Shown: positions 50,194-60,198 of the stretch, piece after piece
Position numbering within the stretch: the first letter of the stretch is position 1
Layout: each line of letters starts with the position of its first letter
Source: an uncultured candidate division Zixibacteria bacterium
GTDB taxonomy: Bacteria; Zixibacteria; MSB-5A5; RBG-16-43-9
DNA: 64,000 nt
Assembly (NCBI GenBank): GCA_963713865.1
Contig: OY970208.1
Span: 1,984,001-2,048,000, forward strand
Reading direction: 5' to 3'
The notes under the pieces: generated by a model
What the model was told of the DNA's origin: nothing
Databases searched by the model: none
What the model saw: the letters and a program-made list of their open reading frames with translations, nothing else
Position numbers and translations under genes: made by a program

Positions 50194-52788
50194 TTATATC
50201 TTTCGATTAATCAATTCTTCAAACGCTGGATAACCAGATAGATTCTCGAACGACGGCTCCAATTTAATATAAGCAGGTGTCATAAAATTGTTCTTCACCA
50301 AGAATTCGAGCATACGCACTGCCTCTTCTTTTTGTCCTGTAGCCGAATAAACGTAACTCAGGCTCCAAACCGCTCCAGACCACTCCACAGTTAGAAGGGA
50401 ATTCCCTAAACTTTTCTTCACTCTCTCTGCCTGCTCCAGGGCTTTTTTGGATTCTCCTTTTAATGAATAGGCTAAGGCTATTCTTAACCGACTATAATAT
50501 TCATTGGGAAGACCTTCAAATTCTTTGATTAAAGGTAGATTGAACTGAATGCAGGAATCCAAGTATATTTCCGCCTGTTTTTTATTTCCTCTCCTAAGCT
50601 CTGAGTAACTCAATTCTACAAACCATTCGCCAGCTGGGTTTTGTCGGCGTAATTCATTTGAATAATAAAAAACGCTGTCGGCCTCGCCTGACACCATAAA
50701 AATCCAATTCAAGGTCCCTAAAGAGGAGGTGCGCTGTGGGTCGATATTCAGAGATTTATGAGCCATTCTTTTTGCTTCTTCTAATTCACCCCAGACCAGG
50801 TGGCAACCACTCATGGCATCCCATATTGATGCATCGGTAGACTGAATCTCCAATCCTTTGTTAAAATATTCCTCCACCTTTTCTTTCTTCCCCCAGGCTG
50901 AGTACAAGCTTATAAACTTAGAGAATAAGGTAGCTTGGGTTGGCTTTACCTCTAACGCTCTCATCAAAGCACTCTCAGCTTTTGGATATTGACCAATGCT
51001 ATACCACCAGTATCCCAAAGTCCCCCAGCCTTCTCCATAATTAGGATTGGCTTTGACCGCTTCTTCTGCCTCTTGTATGCCCTTTTCGGTTTTCCCCTCG
51101 ACCATGTATAGCCTGGAGAGAGAGCGATGAGCCTCGGCCAAATCTGGGTCGAGAGCCAATGCTTTTAAGCTGGCTTTTTCAGCTTTTTCCAGCCAGGACT
51201 TCTTGGGGTCAACAGAAAACATCACATAGCTCGAATAGCAATCCGACAATCCAGCATAAGCTAAAGCAAAATTAGAATCAGCTTCCAATGCTTTTTCAAA
51301 CATCCTGGTTGACAGTTCCAGGCCTTCTTTAGTTGTACTTCCTCCTCCGAAATAATATTCCCGTCCTTGCAGATAGTAGTTGTAAGCTTGAACATTCAGG
51401 GTCGGTTTTTTTTCAATCCTTTCTACTTCAACTGGAGCAAGGGCAACTTTTAGTGCCTGGGCAACTGACTTAGCTACATCTGCCTGAATGGCAAATAGAT
51501 CCTCCATCTGTCTATCGTAGCTAGCTGCCCAAACGTGGAATCCATCACTGGCTTTAATCAGCTGACAAGTAATTCTGACCTTATCTCTGTATTTTTGGAC
51601 TGAACCTTCCATTACATACTTAACTCTTAACTTATCAGCTATCTCCTTAAGATTAATTGGTTTATTTTTGAATTGTTCAATGTCACTTCGGGAAGCAATC
51701 AGTAAGCCAGCGATTTGGGATAGCTGGGTGATAATATCTTCAGTCATTCCAGACGCAAAATAGTCATCTTCTTTATTTTCAGAGAGATTCCGCAAATACA
51801 GAACTGCTATGGAAGGTTTGCCAGCAGTAACTGGTTCTTTTTGTTTGAGAAATACTAAGTAAACTATAATAAGAATTAAAATCGCCATTAATCCTGCCAT
51901 CAATGGAAAAGCTCTCTTTTTGACTGGCTTGGGAGAATCAGTGGGTTTAGGTGTTACTCCTGTTTTGACATAATCCAAACTTTTCTTTTCCCTCCTCAAA
52001 TCTGCTAACAATTCATCAGCATGTTGATACCTTTCTTCTTTATCCTTTGCCAGTGCCTTGAAAACCATATCTTCTAACTTGGCGGAAACCTGATTGTTAA
52101 AACGGGCTACTGGCTGAGGTTCTTCATTAATTACCGAGTAAACAATAGCAGCTTGATGCTCTCCTCCAAAAGGAAGCTTCCCGGTCAGAAGCTCATATAA
52201 AACAACCCCAAATGAGAAGATATCACTTCTCTGGTCAACTTCCTCACCTTGAGCTTGCTCTGGTGACATATAGGCAAGAGTCCCTAAAGTTGAACGAGTC
52301 TTGGTCAGTTTGGTTGCTCCTTTCAGCTTTGCCAAACCGAAATCCATTATCTTCACCTGCCCTCGAGGAGTAAGCATTATATTGTCAGATTTGATATCTC
52401 GGTGCACAATCCCCTTCTCGTGAGCTAAAGCTAAACCTTCACATATCTGAATCCCGATATCCAAAACCTTTTTTATAGAAATGGTCTCTTTTTCAATTAT
52501 CTGCTTCAAAGTCTTACCCTCGCAATATTCCATCACTATAAACATCTGCCCTTCGAATTCATCGATCTCATAAATGGTGGTGATGTTCGTGTGATTTAAA
52601 GCTGAAGCTGCTTTGGCTTCGTGGATAAACCTTTCCTTCTCCTCAGACTCAGAGGTCAGATGCGGAGGTAAGAACTTTAAAGCCACCAGACGGTCTAATT
52701 TAGTGTCCTGGGCTTTATAGACCACACCCATTCCACCCTCACCCAGCTTCTCGACGATTTTATAATGAGAAATTATTTTACCGATCAT
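50194..52788 (-). CDS. Ser/Thr kinase - TM - TolB_N-like - TPR protein (K4)
   Basis: Kinase motifs, TM, SIAVLYLRNLS..DDYFASGMTEDIITQLS, TPRs. Confidence 0.95.
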   Translation of the reverse strand: MIGKIISHYKIVEKLGEGGMGVVYKAQDTKLDRLVALKFLPPHLTSESEEKERFIHEAKAASALNHTNITTIYEIDEFEGQMFIVMEYCEGKTLKQIIEKETISIKKVLDIGIQICEGLALAHEKGIVHRDIKSDNIMLTPRGQVKIMDFGLAKLKGATKLTKTRSTLGTLAYMSPEQAQGEEVDQRSDIFSFGVVLYELLTGKLPFGGEHQAAIVYSVINEEPQPVARFNNQVSAKLEDMVFKALAKDKEERYQHADELLADLRREKKSLDYVKTGVTPKPTDSPKPVKKRAFPLMAGLMAILILIIVYLVFLKQKEPVTAGKPSIAVLYLRNLSENKEDDYFASGMTEDIITQLSQIAGLLIASRSDIEQFKNKPINLKEIADKLRVKYVMEGSVQKYRDKVRITCQLIKASDGFHVWAASYDRQMEDLFAIQADVAKSVAQALKVALAPVEVERIEKKPTLNVQAYNYYLQGREYYFGGGSTTKEGLELSTRMFEKALEADSNFALAYAGLSDCYSSYVMFSVDPKKSWLEKAEKASLKALALDPDLAEAHRSLSRLYMVEGKTEKGIQEAEEAVKANPNYGEGWGTLGYWWYSIGQYPKAESALMRALEVKPTQATLFSKFISLYSAWGKKEKVEEYFNKGLEIQSTDASIWDAMSGCHLVWGELEEAKRMAHKSLNIDPQRTSSLGTLNWIFMVSGEADSVFYYSNELRRQNPAGEWFVELSYSELRRGNKKQAEIYLDSCIQFNLPLIKEFEGLPNEYYSRLRIALAYSLKGESKKALEQAERVKKSLGNSLLTVEWSGAVWSLSYVYSATGQKEEAVRMLEFLVKNNFMTPAYIKLEPSFENLSGYPAFEELINRKI

Positions 52789-52796
52789 TCCTGAAC

Positions 52797-55406
52797 CTAT
52801 TTACTCCTTGCCAAAAGTTTCTGAAAGCGGGGTTGGTTACGTAAAGGAGCCCAGGTTGGGTCGATACGAAGATATGGAATTGAGATCTCCGAAGGGATCG
52901 ACAAAAGATACTCAAGCTGGTCTATGGCAGAGTCGTAATCACTAACCATAACATATATCTGTGCCAAATTCTGGACATAGCCAGGACCGTCGAGTGCATC
53001 CTTAGGTACAGGGAGTAATTCCACCCCTTTTTTCCCTTCCCGGATTGCCTCTTCTTTGCGTCCAAGCCCGGCATAAGCGATGCCGAGATAACTGTGGAAG
53101 AACGCCTCGCCTGGCCTTGACTGTATCCTGTTTTCGAGGATGATTCTAGCAGAGTCACTATAGACCAGTTTCAGCTGTTGTCGATTCAGCAAACCATATA
53201 TTTTAGCTTTAGTCAAAAAGTAAGATATTGTATCATTACGACCACCCGCATCCACGTATGCGCAGACCCCAGGTAGCCGACCTAATGCTGTCTGATAGTC
53301 TCCATCGAGAACATCCAACCATACCAAATCAGGCACAAGTAGCGACACATCTGCCTTTCCGGTCGCCTCATGGAAAACTTTCCTCGCTTTTTTTGTGTCA
53401 CCCTCCGAGATTTGATATAGCCAGGCCTTGCGACTATAAGCTACTGGCCAATCAGGAGCCAGAGAGATGACTCTGTCCAAGTAGTACTCTGCCTCGGCAT
53501 ATTTGCGCATAAGTCGGTAGGTAGTGGCAACCTCATCTGCCTTATCGTAGGCTCGCGGGTCAAGCTCTGCTGCCTTCTTGAGGTTAGTGACCGCCTGCTC
53601 GAATTTCCCCTGACGCCTTTGAACAAAACTGATAGCCGCAAGGAGGTCGCTGTTATTCGGCTGACCTTTCTGGGCAATTGCAAACTGCTCCAGGGCACGG
53701 TCATAGTCCCAGCTTCCCCAGTAGTAATAATAGCCCAGGGCCAAGTGCGCTTCAGGCAGATCCGGCTTCAGCTTCAGGGCTTTGTCCACAGCTTCTTTGG
53801 CTTTATTAAGGCGCTCGTCAGTATTGTCCCAATAAAACCAATACAGCCAAGAATGAGCCCATGAAAGTCTGGCATAGGCTAACGCAAAAGCCGGGTCTAA
53901 CTTCACCACTTTCTCATACATCTCTATAGCTATGCGGACATCTTTCTCCCCCTTACCATAAATAAAATAATCCTCACCGCGCAGATAGTATTCGTAAGCC
54001 TCAAGGTTCTCGGTCGGCTTGGCTGCTATGTACCGTTGCTCAGCTTCGAGAAGCGTGATGTTCAATGCAGAAGCTACCTTCTCTGCTATGTCAGCTTGAA
54101 GGGCAAAAACCTGCTCCAGAACACGGTCATATGTCTCGGCCCAAACATGGGTACCGTCTTTGACTCTGATTAGCTGGGGATTTATTCTTACCCGATTGTT
54201 AACTTCAGACTTATCCCATAGAATTGTCCCTTCTAAGACATACTGGACCCCCAATTCTCTGCCTATTTGCTGAACAGTTTTCTTGGTATCTTTGTATTGG
54301 AGAACACTGGTGCGGGAGATAACACCCAAACCGCTGACTTTGGCCAACTGGGTCGTTATCTCGTCGGTGATGCCATCAGCAAAATACTCCTGCTCTGGCG
54401 CTCCTAAATTTTCAAAGGGTAAAACCGCAAGCATCTTTATTCCGGATTCCGGCTCCTTTTTACTCAATAGGGTAAAGTATCCTACAATCAAAATAAGAAC
54501 CGCCAGTCCAGCCAAAACTAAGGGTAACATTTTCTTCTTGAGCGGCTTTTGTGTCTCTACGGGCTGAGCCAGCGTGGCTGTCTTCACATATTCCAAACTC
54601 TTCTTCTCGTGCCTTAAATCTGCCAACAATTCATCAGCATGTTGATACCTTTCCTCTCTGTCTTTTGCCAGTGCTTTGAAAACTATCCGCTCCAGTTCTG
54701 CTGAAACTTTGTTGTTATATCTGGCTACTTGCTGTGGCTGTTCATTGATTATCGAGAAAATAATAGCGGCCTGATGTTCACCCCCAAAGGGCAACTTTCC
54801 AGTTAAAAGCTCATATAAGACAACGCCAAAGGAAAAAATATCGCTTCTTGAATCTACTTCCTCGCCCTGAGCTTGCTCTGGTGACATATAAGCTAAAGTG
54901 CCCAAGGTTGAGCGAGTTTTGGTCAGCTTGGTTGCTCCCTTTAGCTTTGCCAATCCGAAATCCATTATCTTCACCTGACCCCGAGGAGTGAGCATTATGT
55001 TATCCGATTTGATATCCCTGTGCACAATCCCTTTCTCATGAGCCATAGCCAAACCTTCACATACCTGTATCCCAATATCCAGAACCTTCTTTATAGAGAG
55101 AGCTTCTTTCTCAATCACTTGCTTTAAAGTCCTGCCCTCACAATATTCCATCACTATAAACATCTGACCATCAAATTCATCAATCTCGTGAATAGTAGTG
55201 ATATTGGTATGACTTAAAGCTGATGCGGCTTTGGCTTCGTGAATGAATCTTTCCTTCTCAACAGCATCGGCGGTCAGATGTTGGGGTAGAAACTTCAAAG
55301 CCACTATTCTATCCAGCTTAGTGTCCTGGGCTTTGTAAACTATTCCCATACCACCTTCACCCAGCTTTTCGAGAATCTTATAATGCGAAATGGTTTTGCC
55401 AATCAT
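52797..55406 (-). CDS. Ser/Thr kinase - TM - TolB_N-like - TPR protein (K3)
   Basis: Kinase motifs, TM, LAVLPFENLG..QEYFADGITDEI, TPRs, DP.WAPLR..PRFQ. Confidence 0.95.
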   Translation of the reverse strand: MIGKTISHYKILEKLGEGGMGIVYKAQDTKLDRIVALKFLPQHLTADAVEKERFIHEAKAASALSHTNITTIHEIDEFDGQMFIVMEYCEGRTLKQVIEKEALSIKKVLDIGIQVCEGLAMAHEKGIVHRDIKSDNIMLTPRGQVKIMDFGLAKLKGATKLTKTRSTLGTLAYMSPEQAQGEEVDSRSDIFSFGVVLYELLTGKLPFGGEHQAAIIFSIINEQPQQVARYNNKVSAELERIVFKALAKDREERYQHADELLADLRHEKKSLEYVKTATLAQPVETQKPLKKKMLPLVLAGLAVLILIVGYFTLLSKKEPESGIKMLAVLPFENLGAPEQEYFADGITDEITTQLAKVSGLGVISRTSVLQYKDTKKTVQQIGRELGVQYVLEGTILWDKSEVNNRVRINPQLIRVKDGTHVWAETYDRVLEQVFALQADIAEKVASALNITLLEAEQRYIAAKPTENLEAYEYYLRGEDYFIYGKGEKDVRIAIEMYEKVVKLDPAFALAYARLSWAHSWLYWFYWDNTDERLNKAKEAVDKALKLKPDLPEAHLALGYYYYWGSWDYDRALEQFAIAQKGQPNNSDLLAAISFVQRRQGKFEQAVTNLKKAAELDPRAYDKADEVATTYRLMRKYAEAEYYLDRVISLAPDWPVAYSRKAWLYQISEGDTKKARKVFHEATGKADVSLLVPDLVWLDVLDGDYQTALGRLPGVCAYVDAGGRNDTISYFLTKAKIYGLLNRQQLKLVYSDSARIILENRIQSRPGEAFFHSYLGIAYAGLGRKEEAIREGKKGVELLPVPKDALDGPGYVQNLAQIYVMVSDYDSAIDQLEYLLSIPSEISIPYLRIDPTWAPLRNQPRFQKLLARSK

Positions 55407-57728
55407 TCTTCCAATCCTATCTTTTTAATTAGTGCAACCACTCGTGGGTCTTTGCTATAGTCTTCCCATCCCGGGAAAGTTCGTATGAATAGCAGCATAA
55501 GAGACCTATATTCAGAAGCTTTTTCCAAACATTCGATAACCTTATCATGCTCACCTAAAGCAAGATATACTACGGCAAAGAGATAAGGATCTACATACCG
55601 ATGTTTTGATTCCTCGATTAAATCGCTAAGAATTTTGCGTGCCTCATTTTCTTTACCAGAACGCTGCATAAGCATAAGCCAGCCAACTAAGAGAAATACT
55701 GTTCTTTAAGGCAATTGATTTTTGATATTGATTTATCGCCTCGTTATACATTTTTTTACACAAATAACAATTACCAAGCATATCATACCCGAATGCTAAA
55801 GTGCTGTCGATTTTTAATATTTCATTGGCTAAGGTTATCGCACTATCACACTGTCCGGAATAGAGAAAAACATATACCATACTCGTGCTTATGTCAAAAG
55901 AAAGCGGGTCAAGCTCTCTGGCTTTCTTTGCTTTCCTTATTGCTTCATCAAACCGTTTCATTGCTGACAGGTAGTAAGCATACCAGGCATAAGCAGTTGC
56001 ATAATTTGGATTAAGCTCGATGGCTCGTTTGTAGTTTTCCTCAGCTCCCCTCCAATCCCATTCGTAACAAAATTTGACATCAGCCATAAGCACATACGCA
56101 TCCGCCAGCGTTTTGTCAAGGCTCAGTGCTTTCCTGGCTAATGAATCTACTTTCGGCCAGGCTTCCTTTGGTGGCATCGTAGCCAAAGCAAGATAATCAT
56201 ATCCTTTTGCCATACCGGTATAGGCTAAGGCATAGTCTGGGTCTTTCTGAATGGCCTCTTCAAAGTATTTGAATCCTTTTTCAACATCTGCGGGTGATAA
56301 TTTGTTGACGAAGTACATCCCTTTAAGATACAGCTCATGAGCTTCAGGATTGACTGTGCGGTAAGCTGCTAATTTTTGCTGTTCTTCAGGTGTTACAGTG
56401 ATTTTTATTTCACGTGCAATTGCCTGTGCAACTTCGCTCTGGAGTATCAGGATATCTTTAAATTTTCTGGTGAAATCACTTGCCCACAGGTGTTTCTCCG
56501 GTTTTGCCTTGATAAGTTGCGCCGTAATTCTGACATCGTCCTGCACTCGCTGAACCGACCCTTCTACAACCGCATCCACGTTTAAATCATGAGCTATCTC
56601 CGGCAACGATTTCTCTGTTTTCTTGAAATGCATGACCGAAGTCCGGGAGATAACCCGGAGTGCTTTGATTTTCGATAATTCCGAGATAAGCGCTTCAGTA
56701 ATTCCATCGGAGAAATACTCCTGCTCAGGATCAGCGGAGAGATTTTGGAAAGGCAGAACAGCTATTGAATTGATCGGCACTTCCCGTGAAGCGAAGAAAT
56801 AGAGTTTACTGAGGATAAGAATTGCGATTAGGATTGTAACACTGACATATACATAAATCGGTACCTTCATTAAACGCTTTGGTTTTCTCCTTTCTTGTAT
56901 TGGCGTCGTCGTTTCAAGTCTCTTCTTGAGATATTTAAAATCAGCCATCATCTCGTCAACATGCTGATAGCGTTCATCCTTCCCTTTTGACAATGCCTTA
57001 TCAATGATTTTTTGTAGTCCCTCTGGAACATTCGCTTTATACCTTGCCAGAGGTTCTGGGGTCTCATTTAAAATAGAATAGATTATCGCAGCTTCATGTT
57101 CCCCCTTGAAGGGAAGTTGTCCTGTAATCATCTCATACAACACCACTCCAAACGAGAAAATGTCTGAACGCTGGTCAACTTCCATCCCTTGAGCTTGCTC
57201 CGGGGACATATAGGCCAATGTGCCAACTGTAGAACCTGTCCTGGTTAGTTTGCTTACTCCTCGGAGCTTAGCCAAACCAAAATCCATGATCTTAACCTGA
57301 CCATCTTCTGTTAGCATGATGTTGTCAGATTTTATATCCCGATGGACTATCTCCTTCTTGTGGGCAGCATTTAGTCCCTCTGCTATCTGAATGGATATGT
57401 TCAAAATTTCTTCTATAGAAAAACTTCTCTGTTTAAGTAATTCTTTTATAGATCTACCTTCAATATAAGCCATGGAGATAAAGCATTCCCCTTCGACTTC
57501 ATCGATTTCATAAATGGTAGCTATATTGGGGTGGTCTAATGCAGATGCAGCTTTGGCTTCATGCTCAAATCTCATTTTGGCTTCACTATCGCACAAAAGA
57601 TGTTTTGACAAAAACTTTAGAGCTACTATCCGGTTCAACTTGGTGTCCTGGGCTTTATAAACTATTCCCATTCCACCTTCCCCTAACTTTTCCAGAATTC
57701 TATAATGTGAGATGTTTTTACCAATCAT
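55403..57728 (-). CDS. Ser/Thr kinase - TM - TolB_N-like - TPR protein (K2), +1 frameshift near 55660
   Basis: ORF 55653-57728 ends AYAYAAFW*; removing one base continues into SGKENEARKIL..HRYVDPY..DPRVVALIKKIGLE, homologous to the K1 C-terminus. Confidence 0.9.
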
Positions 57729-57731
57729 TGC

Positions 57732-57875
57732 TTATCCTTTATAGCCGCATGTATGAACCACATGGTTCATACCGCAGACTTTAGTCTGCGTCATTTTATC
57801 GCAAGCTGGATTCCTTCGAAATGGATCCGTAGGACTTGCGGTTACCTTATAATAAGATATCGTTTTACCAATCAT
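57732..57875 (-). pseudogene. Abortive kinase 5' fragment plus REP doublet upstream of K2
   Basis: MIGKTISYYK followed by GTAACCGCAAG..CTTGCG..CGCAGACTAAAGTCTGCG..GCGGCTAT; in frame with K2, separated by TAA GCA. Confidence 0.8.
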
Positions 57876-57960
57876 GTTATTATTTATTCATTGTTTCATT
57901 TGTTCATTGATCCATTTTATCATTGAACCAATGAGTCAATCATTCAATGTTACAATCTTT

Positions 57961-60195
57961 TCATTTTTCAGATCTTATCTTTTTAAGCAGTACCGTGAAC
58001 CTCGGGTCTGAGCGCAGGCTATCCATAAAGGGAGCGGTTTTGAGAGTAGCCATCCAGGACTCTCGCTCATCATAAGCTTTATCCAGGTATTCAAATGCAT
58101 GATCCTTCTTACCCAGTCCACCATAGATTAGCGCTTTGTATAAAGACGAAACATACCTTTTTTTTGATAGTTCGTTCAATTGATCAAGCATTTTTAGCGC
58201 TTCATCTGTTTGTCCCGACAGAGCATAGGCTAATCCAAGATGCCCTATTCCGATTGGGCTGTTCATGGATAGCGCCACGAACCTTTTCAAAGATGCAATC
58301 GCTTCTTTCCACATTTCCTTGCCAACAAGGTTAAATCCCTGAAAAAGATAGGCTAAGGAGAAGTTCGGGTCCATCTCGAGCGTTCTTCGATATTGATCCA
58401 ATGCTTCATCATACTGGCGTGCCCAATACAATCCAAGTCCTACAACTGTGCTTATCATCAGGGAAAGGGGATCCAACTCAAGAGCCCGTTTCAATAATAT
58501 CGATGCTTCATCTAATCGTTCCATTGGTGCTAAAGACACCGCGTACCATTCGTACCCTGTCGCATAGTTTGGATTGAGATTAAGGGCACGCTTGAATTCC
58601 TCTTCAGCACCAATCCAGTCCCAGTCATAGAACGTTCGAATCCAACCCATTGAGGTATGAGCCTCGGCTAACTTGTCATCAATCTCCAAAGCTTTCTCCG
58701 CGGCAGTCCTTGCTCGCGGATAGGCCTCTTTTGGAGGAAGCCAACCAAAATGCCCTAACAAGATATAACAGTCAGCCATTCCTACATAGGCCAGTGCGTA
58801 GAGTGGATCCTTTTCAATGGCTTGTTGAAAGAACTCAATCCCCTTTTGTAGTCCTCCTTCATAGCGTCTGTTCCAGAAATAACGGCCCTTCAAATACAGG
58901 TTATAAGCTTCCTGGTTTTCAGTAAACCGCTTCACCAGTTTCGCTTTCTCTTCTTTTAAAAGCTTGACCTTTAATCTGTCCACAATTGCCAGAGAGATTT
59001 CATCCTGGATTGCAAAGATGTCTTCTATGTTTCTATCGTATTTATCTGACCAGAGATGATAGCCGTCAGCAACGTTAATAAGCTGGGCGGTAATGCGGAC
59101 CCTGTTTCCCGCTTTCCGTACACTCCCTTCAAGTAAGTTCTCAATATTCAGCTGCCTTCCAATCTCGCGGACATCTATTTCTTTACCTCTAAATGAAAAA
59201 GACGAAGTTCGGGCAACTACTCGCAAACCTTCCAACTGCGTGAGCGCATTGATGATTTCCTCTGCCATACCATCACAGAAGTACTCTTGCTCTTTATCTG
59301 CGCTTAAATTGGTAAATGGCAACACTGCGATGGAAGGCTGAATCTTTTTTGTATAAGATTGATCTGTCGAGATAGTTAATTCCAGCTCTTTTGAAAGTTT
59401 CCTCAAATCAGTTCTTAAGTCATCCATATTCTGGTAACGCACCTCCCGGTTTTTCTCCAGTGCCTTATCCACTATTTTCTGCAACCCTTCCGGAATATTG
59501 GTTTTATACCTTGCCAATGGTTCAGGTGTTTCATTTAAAATAGAATAAATTATCGCCGCAGTGTGCTCACCCTTGAAAGGAAGTTGTCCGGTTATCATCT
59601 CATACAAAACCACTCCAAAAGAGAAAATATCTGAACGATAGTCAACTTCTATCCCTTGAGCTTGTTCCGGTGACATATAAGCTAAAGTTCCCAGGGTTAA
59701 GCCAATAGTGGTCAGCTTGGTAGCACCTTTAAGCTTTGCCAAGCCGAAATCCATTATCTTTACTAAACCTTCATTAGTAAGCATTATGTTATCTGACTTA
59801 ATATCTCTATGAACAATACCTTTCTTGTGAGCCGCGTTTAATCCTTCTCCAGTCTGTATGGCTATCTCTAAAACTTCCTTTAAAGAAAAACTCTTTTCTT
59901 TCAAAAGCTCTTTGAGAGATTTCCCCTCTATGTATTCCATAGCAATAAAGCATTCCCCTTCTTTCTCATCTATTTCGTAAATGGTGGTGATATTTGGATG
60001 ATTCAAAGCAGATGCGGCTTTGGCTTCGTGAATGAATCTTTCCTTCTTCTCAAATTCAGAGGTCAGGTGCGGAGGTAAAAACTTTAAAGCCACCAAACGG
60101 TCCAGCTTGGTATCCTGGGCTTTGTAAACTATTCCCATTCCACCTTCCCCTAACTTTTCCAGAATTCTATAATGTGAGATGTTTTTACCAATCAT
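57961..60195 (-). CDS. Ser/Thr kinase - TolB_N-like - TPR protein without TM helix (K1)
   Basis: Kinase motifs followed directly by PSIAVLPFTNLSADKEQEYFCDGMAEEII, TPRs, LRSDPRF. Confidence 0.95.
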   Translation of the reverse strand: MIGKNISHYRILEKLGEGGMGIVYKAQDTKLDRLVALKFLPPHLTSEFEKKERFIHEAKAASALNHPNITTIYEIDEKEGECFIAMEYIEGKSLKELLKEKSFSLKEVLEIAIQTGEGLNAAHKKGIVHRDIKSDNIMLTNEGLVKIMDFGLAKLKGATKLTTIGLTLGTLAYMSPEQAQGIEVDYRSDIFSFGVVLYEMITGQLPFKGEHTAAIIYSILNETPEPLARYKTNIPEGLQKIVDKALEKNREVRYQNMDDLRTDLRKLSKELELTISTDQSYTKKIQPSIAVLPFTNLSADKEQEYFCDGMAEEIINALTQLEGLRVVARTSSFSFRGKEIDVREIGRQLNIENLLEGSVRKAGNRVRITAQLINVADGYHLWSDKYDRNIEDIFAIQDEISLAIVDRLKVKLLKEEKAKLVKRFTENQEAYNLYLKGRYFWNRRYEGGLQKGIEFFQQAIEKDPLYALAYVGMADCYILLGHFGWLPPKEAYPRARTAAEKALEIDDKLAEAHTSMGWIRTFYDWDWIGAEEEFKRALNLNPNYATGYEWYAVSLAPMERLDEASILLKRALELDPLSLMISTVVGLGLYWARQYDEALDQYRRTLEMDPNFSLAYLFQGFNLVGKEMWKEAIASLKRFVALSMNSPIGIGHLGLAYALSGQTDEALKMLDQLNELSKKRYVSSLYKALIYGGLGKKDHAFEYLDKAYDERESWMATLKTAPFMDSLRSDPRFTVLLKKIRSEK

Positions 60196-60198
60196 TGC

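Noticed and set aside
55403-55675. Separate 90-aa gene
   Set aside because: It is the frameshifted C-terminus of kinase K2, homologous to the K1 tail
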